44,520 nt of DNA from a virus, in the UHGV virus genome UHGV-0202726. The stretch is one strand, 5' to 3'. Each line of letters opens with the position of its first letter. Position 1 is the first letter of the stretch. The translations under genes were made by a program, and so were the position numbers. This document shows, one piece after another, positions 43,895 through 44,520 of the stretch. Under the pieces are notes generated by a model that worked only from the letters and a program-made list of their open reading frames with translations, had not been told where the DNA came from and ran no database searches.

Positions 43895-44175
43895 TTCGTC
43901 TCCCCTCTGTATCCGGTTACAGCGCTTCCGCTGTTAGGTATTCCGTTTATATCATCAACAACTATCGTGTCCTTACTTATACAGCGTCTGTAATAATCTT
44001 CGGAATTGCGCTCACCTAGATTAAGAACCCACTCCATCCCTTCGCCGTCTGCATCCCACGGGCATTGATGTTTAGCCAACACCTGTTTCCAGTCCGCGCG
44101 GTCTATGCGAGAAAGTGTCTTATGCTTTCGCGACACAACCCTATAACCCGCGCTAATTAACTGTTGGTTTATCAT
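43891..44175 (-). CDS. hypothetical protein
   Basis: 94 aa; ATGA overlap with upstream small ORF. Confidence 0.45.
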   Translation of the reverse strand: MINQQLISAGYRVVSRKHKTLSRIDRADWKQVLAKHQCPWDADGEGMEWVLNLGERNSEDYYRRCISKDTIVVDDINGIPNSGSAVTGYRGETK

Positions 44176-44321
44176 TTCTTCTCTCCTGCATAAGCTGCTT
44201 TCAGTGTCTGCATCGCAGCAAACCAGAACGCGTCCGCTGGAATACTGCTGCTCAGGTTGCTAACGGCGATGCGCGCCATCAGTTGTGCGTCTTTGAATGC
44301 TTCGATATCTGTGATTTTCAT
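44172..44321 (-). CDS. hypothetical small protein (49 aa), first gene of leftward operon
   Basis: ATG at 44321 with GGAG RBS 8 nt upstream. Confidence 0.3.
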   Translation of the reverse strand: MKITDIEAFKDAQLMARIAVSNLSSSIPADAFWFAAMQTLKAAYAGEKK

Positions 44322-44405
44322 CTTCTCTACTCCGTTCTCGTTGTCGATGGAGTAGATATAATATGGTCGTAGGTAATAGTCAACTAGTCATTACAGAAAA
44401 TAGAT

Positions 44406-44437
44406 AAAAAAAATCCCGGCTGGGTCAGGGCCGGGAT
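44406..44437 (-). terminator. strong rho-independent terminator (minus strand)
   Basis: ATCCCGGC...GCCGGGAT stem followed on minus strand by TTTTTTTT. Confidence 0.65.
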
Positions 44438-44520
44438 AAAACTGGAGAGCAGAGGGATGGAGCAGGAGGTGATTTAAGTATCGTAGGATTGGCCTTAGGT
44501 GTCAACCTTCGCCGTAACCA

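Noticed and set aside
44340-44400. Plus-strand TATAAT-like hexamer (GATATAATATGG) near the right edge as a rightward promoter
   Set aside because: No acceptable -35 at 16-18 nt spacing and no plus-strand gene visible before the window ends; more likely part of the upstream region of the leftward operon starting at 44321.
1-44520. Temperate lifestyle (integrase, CI-type repressor, att site)
   Set aside because: No tyrosine or serine recombinase-like ORF and no long CI-like repressor were found; the 71-aa XRE HTH protein alone is not evidence of lysogeny.
1-44520. CRISPR array or tRNA genes
   Set aside because: No regularly spaced direct repeats with unique spacers; non-coding regions (5186-5560, 36873-37190) lack a GGTTCGAATCC-like T-loop or cloverleaf-compatible arms on visual inspection. 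A tRNAscan run would be the definitive check.

Overview
The window reads as a near-complete, densely packed genome segment of a virulent-looking tailed dsDNA phage with siphovirus-type morphogenesis genes and enterobacterial-style promoters and ribosome-binding sites. Every call comes from reading the sequence and ORF translations by eye; no database search was run, so domain names are motif-level inferences. CDS coordinates include the stop codon, and several starts are revised from the ORF track where an ATG/GTG with a Shine-Dalgarno and a start-stop overlap fits better. Layout: (1) 1-5122, minus strand: small early-type genes, an HslV-like peptidase and a holin/holin/lysozyme cassette; (2) 5123-5621: divergent promoter region; (3) 5622-17651, plus strand: replication module (HTH protein, RecA-fold primase/helicase-like protein, Cas4/RecB-like nuclease, SSB-like protein, family A DNA polymerase, VRR-NUC, short C5-methyltransferase-like protein, SNF2 helicase), with one XRE-type regulator on the minus strand; (4) 17680-27522, minus strand: tail fibre, J-like tip protein, minor tail proteins, tape measure, chaperone with a putative -1 frameshift; (5) 27631-30458, plus strand: an enzymatic island (secreted protein, HTH-metallophosphoesterase, HAD phosphatase, P-loop kinase) with its own promoter and terminator; (6) 30456-42075, minus strand: major tail, connectors, Ig-like proteins, major capsid, scaffold, an overlapped Rz/Rz1 spanin pair, Mu-F-like head morphogenesis protein, portal, terminase large and small subunits; (7) 42252-44321, minus strand: overlapping small genes ending at a strong terminator. 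No integrase, rRNA, tRNA or CRISPR array was seen. The most interesting items are the plus-strand enzymatic island, the HslV-like peptidase, a palindromic operator-like motif over at least seven promoters, and a TRD-less C5-methyltransferase-like protein.
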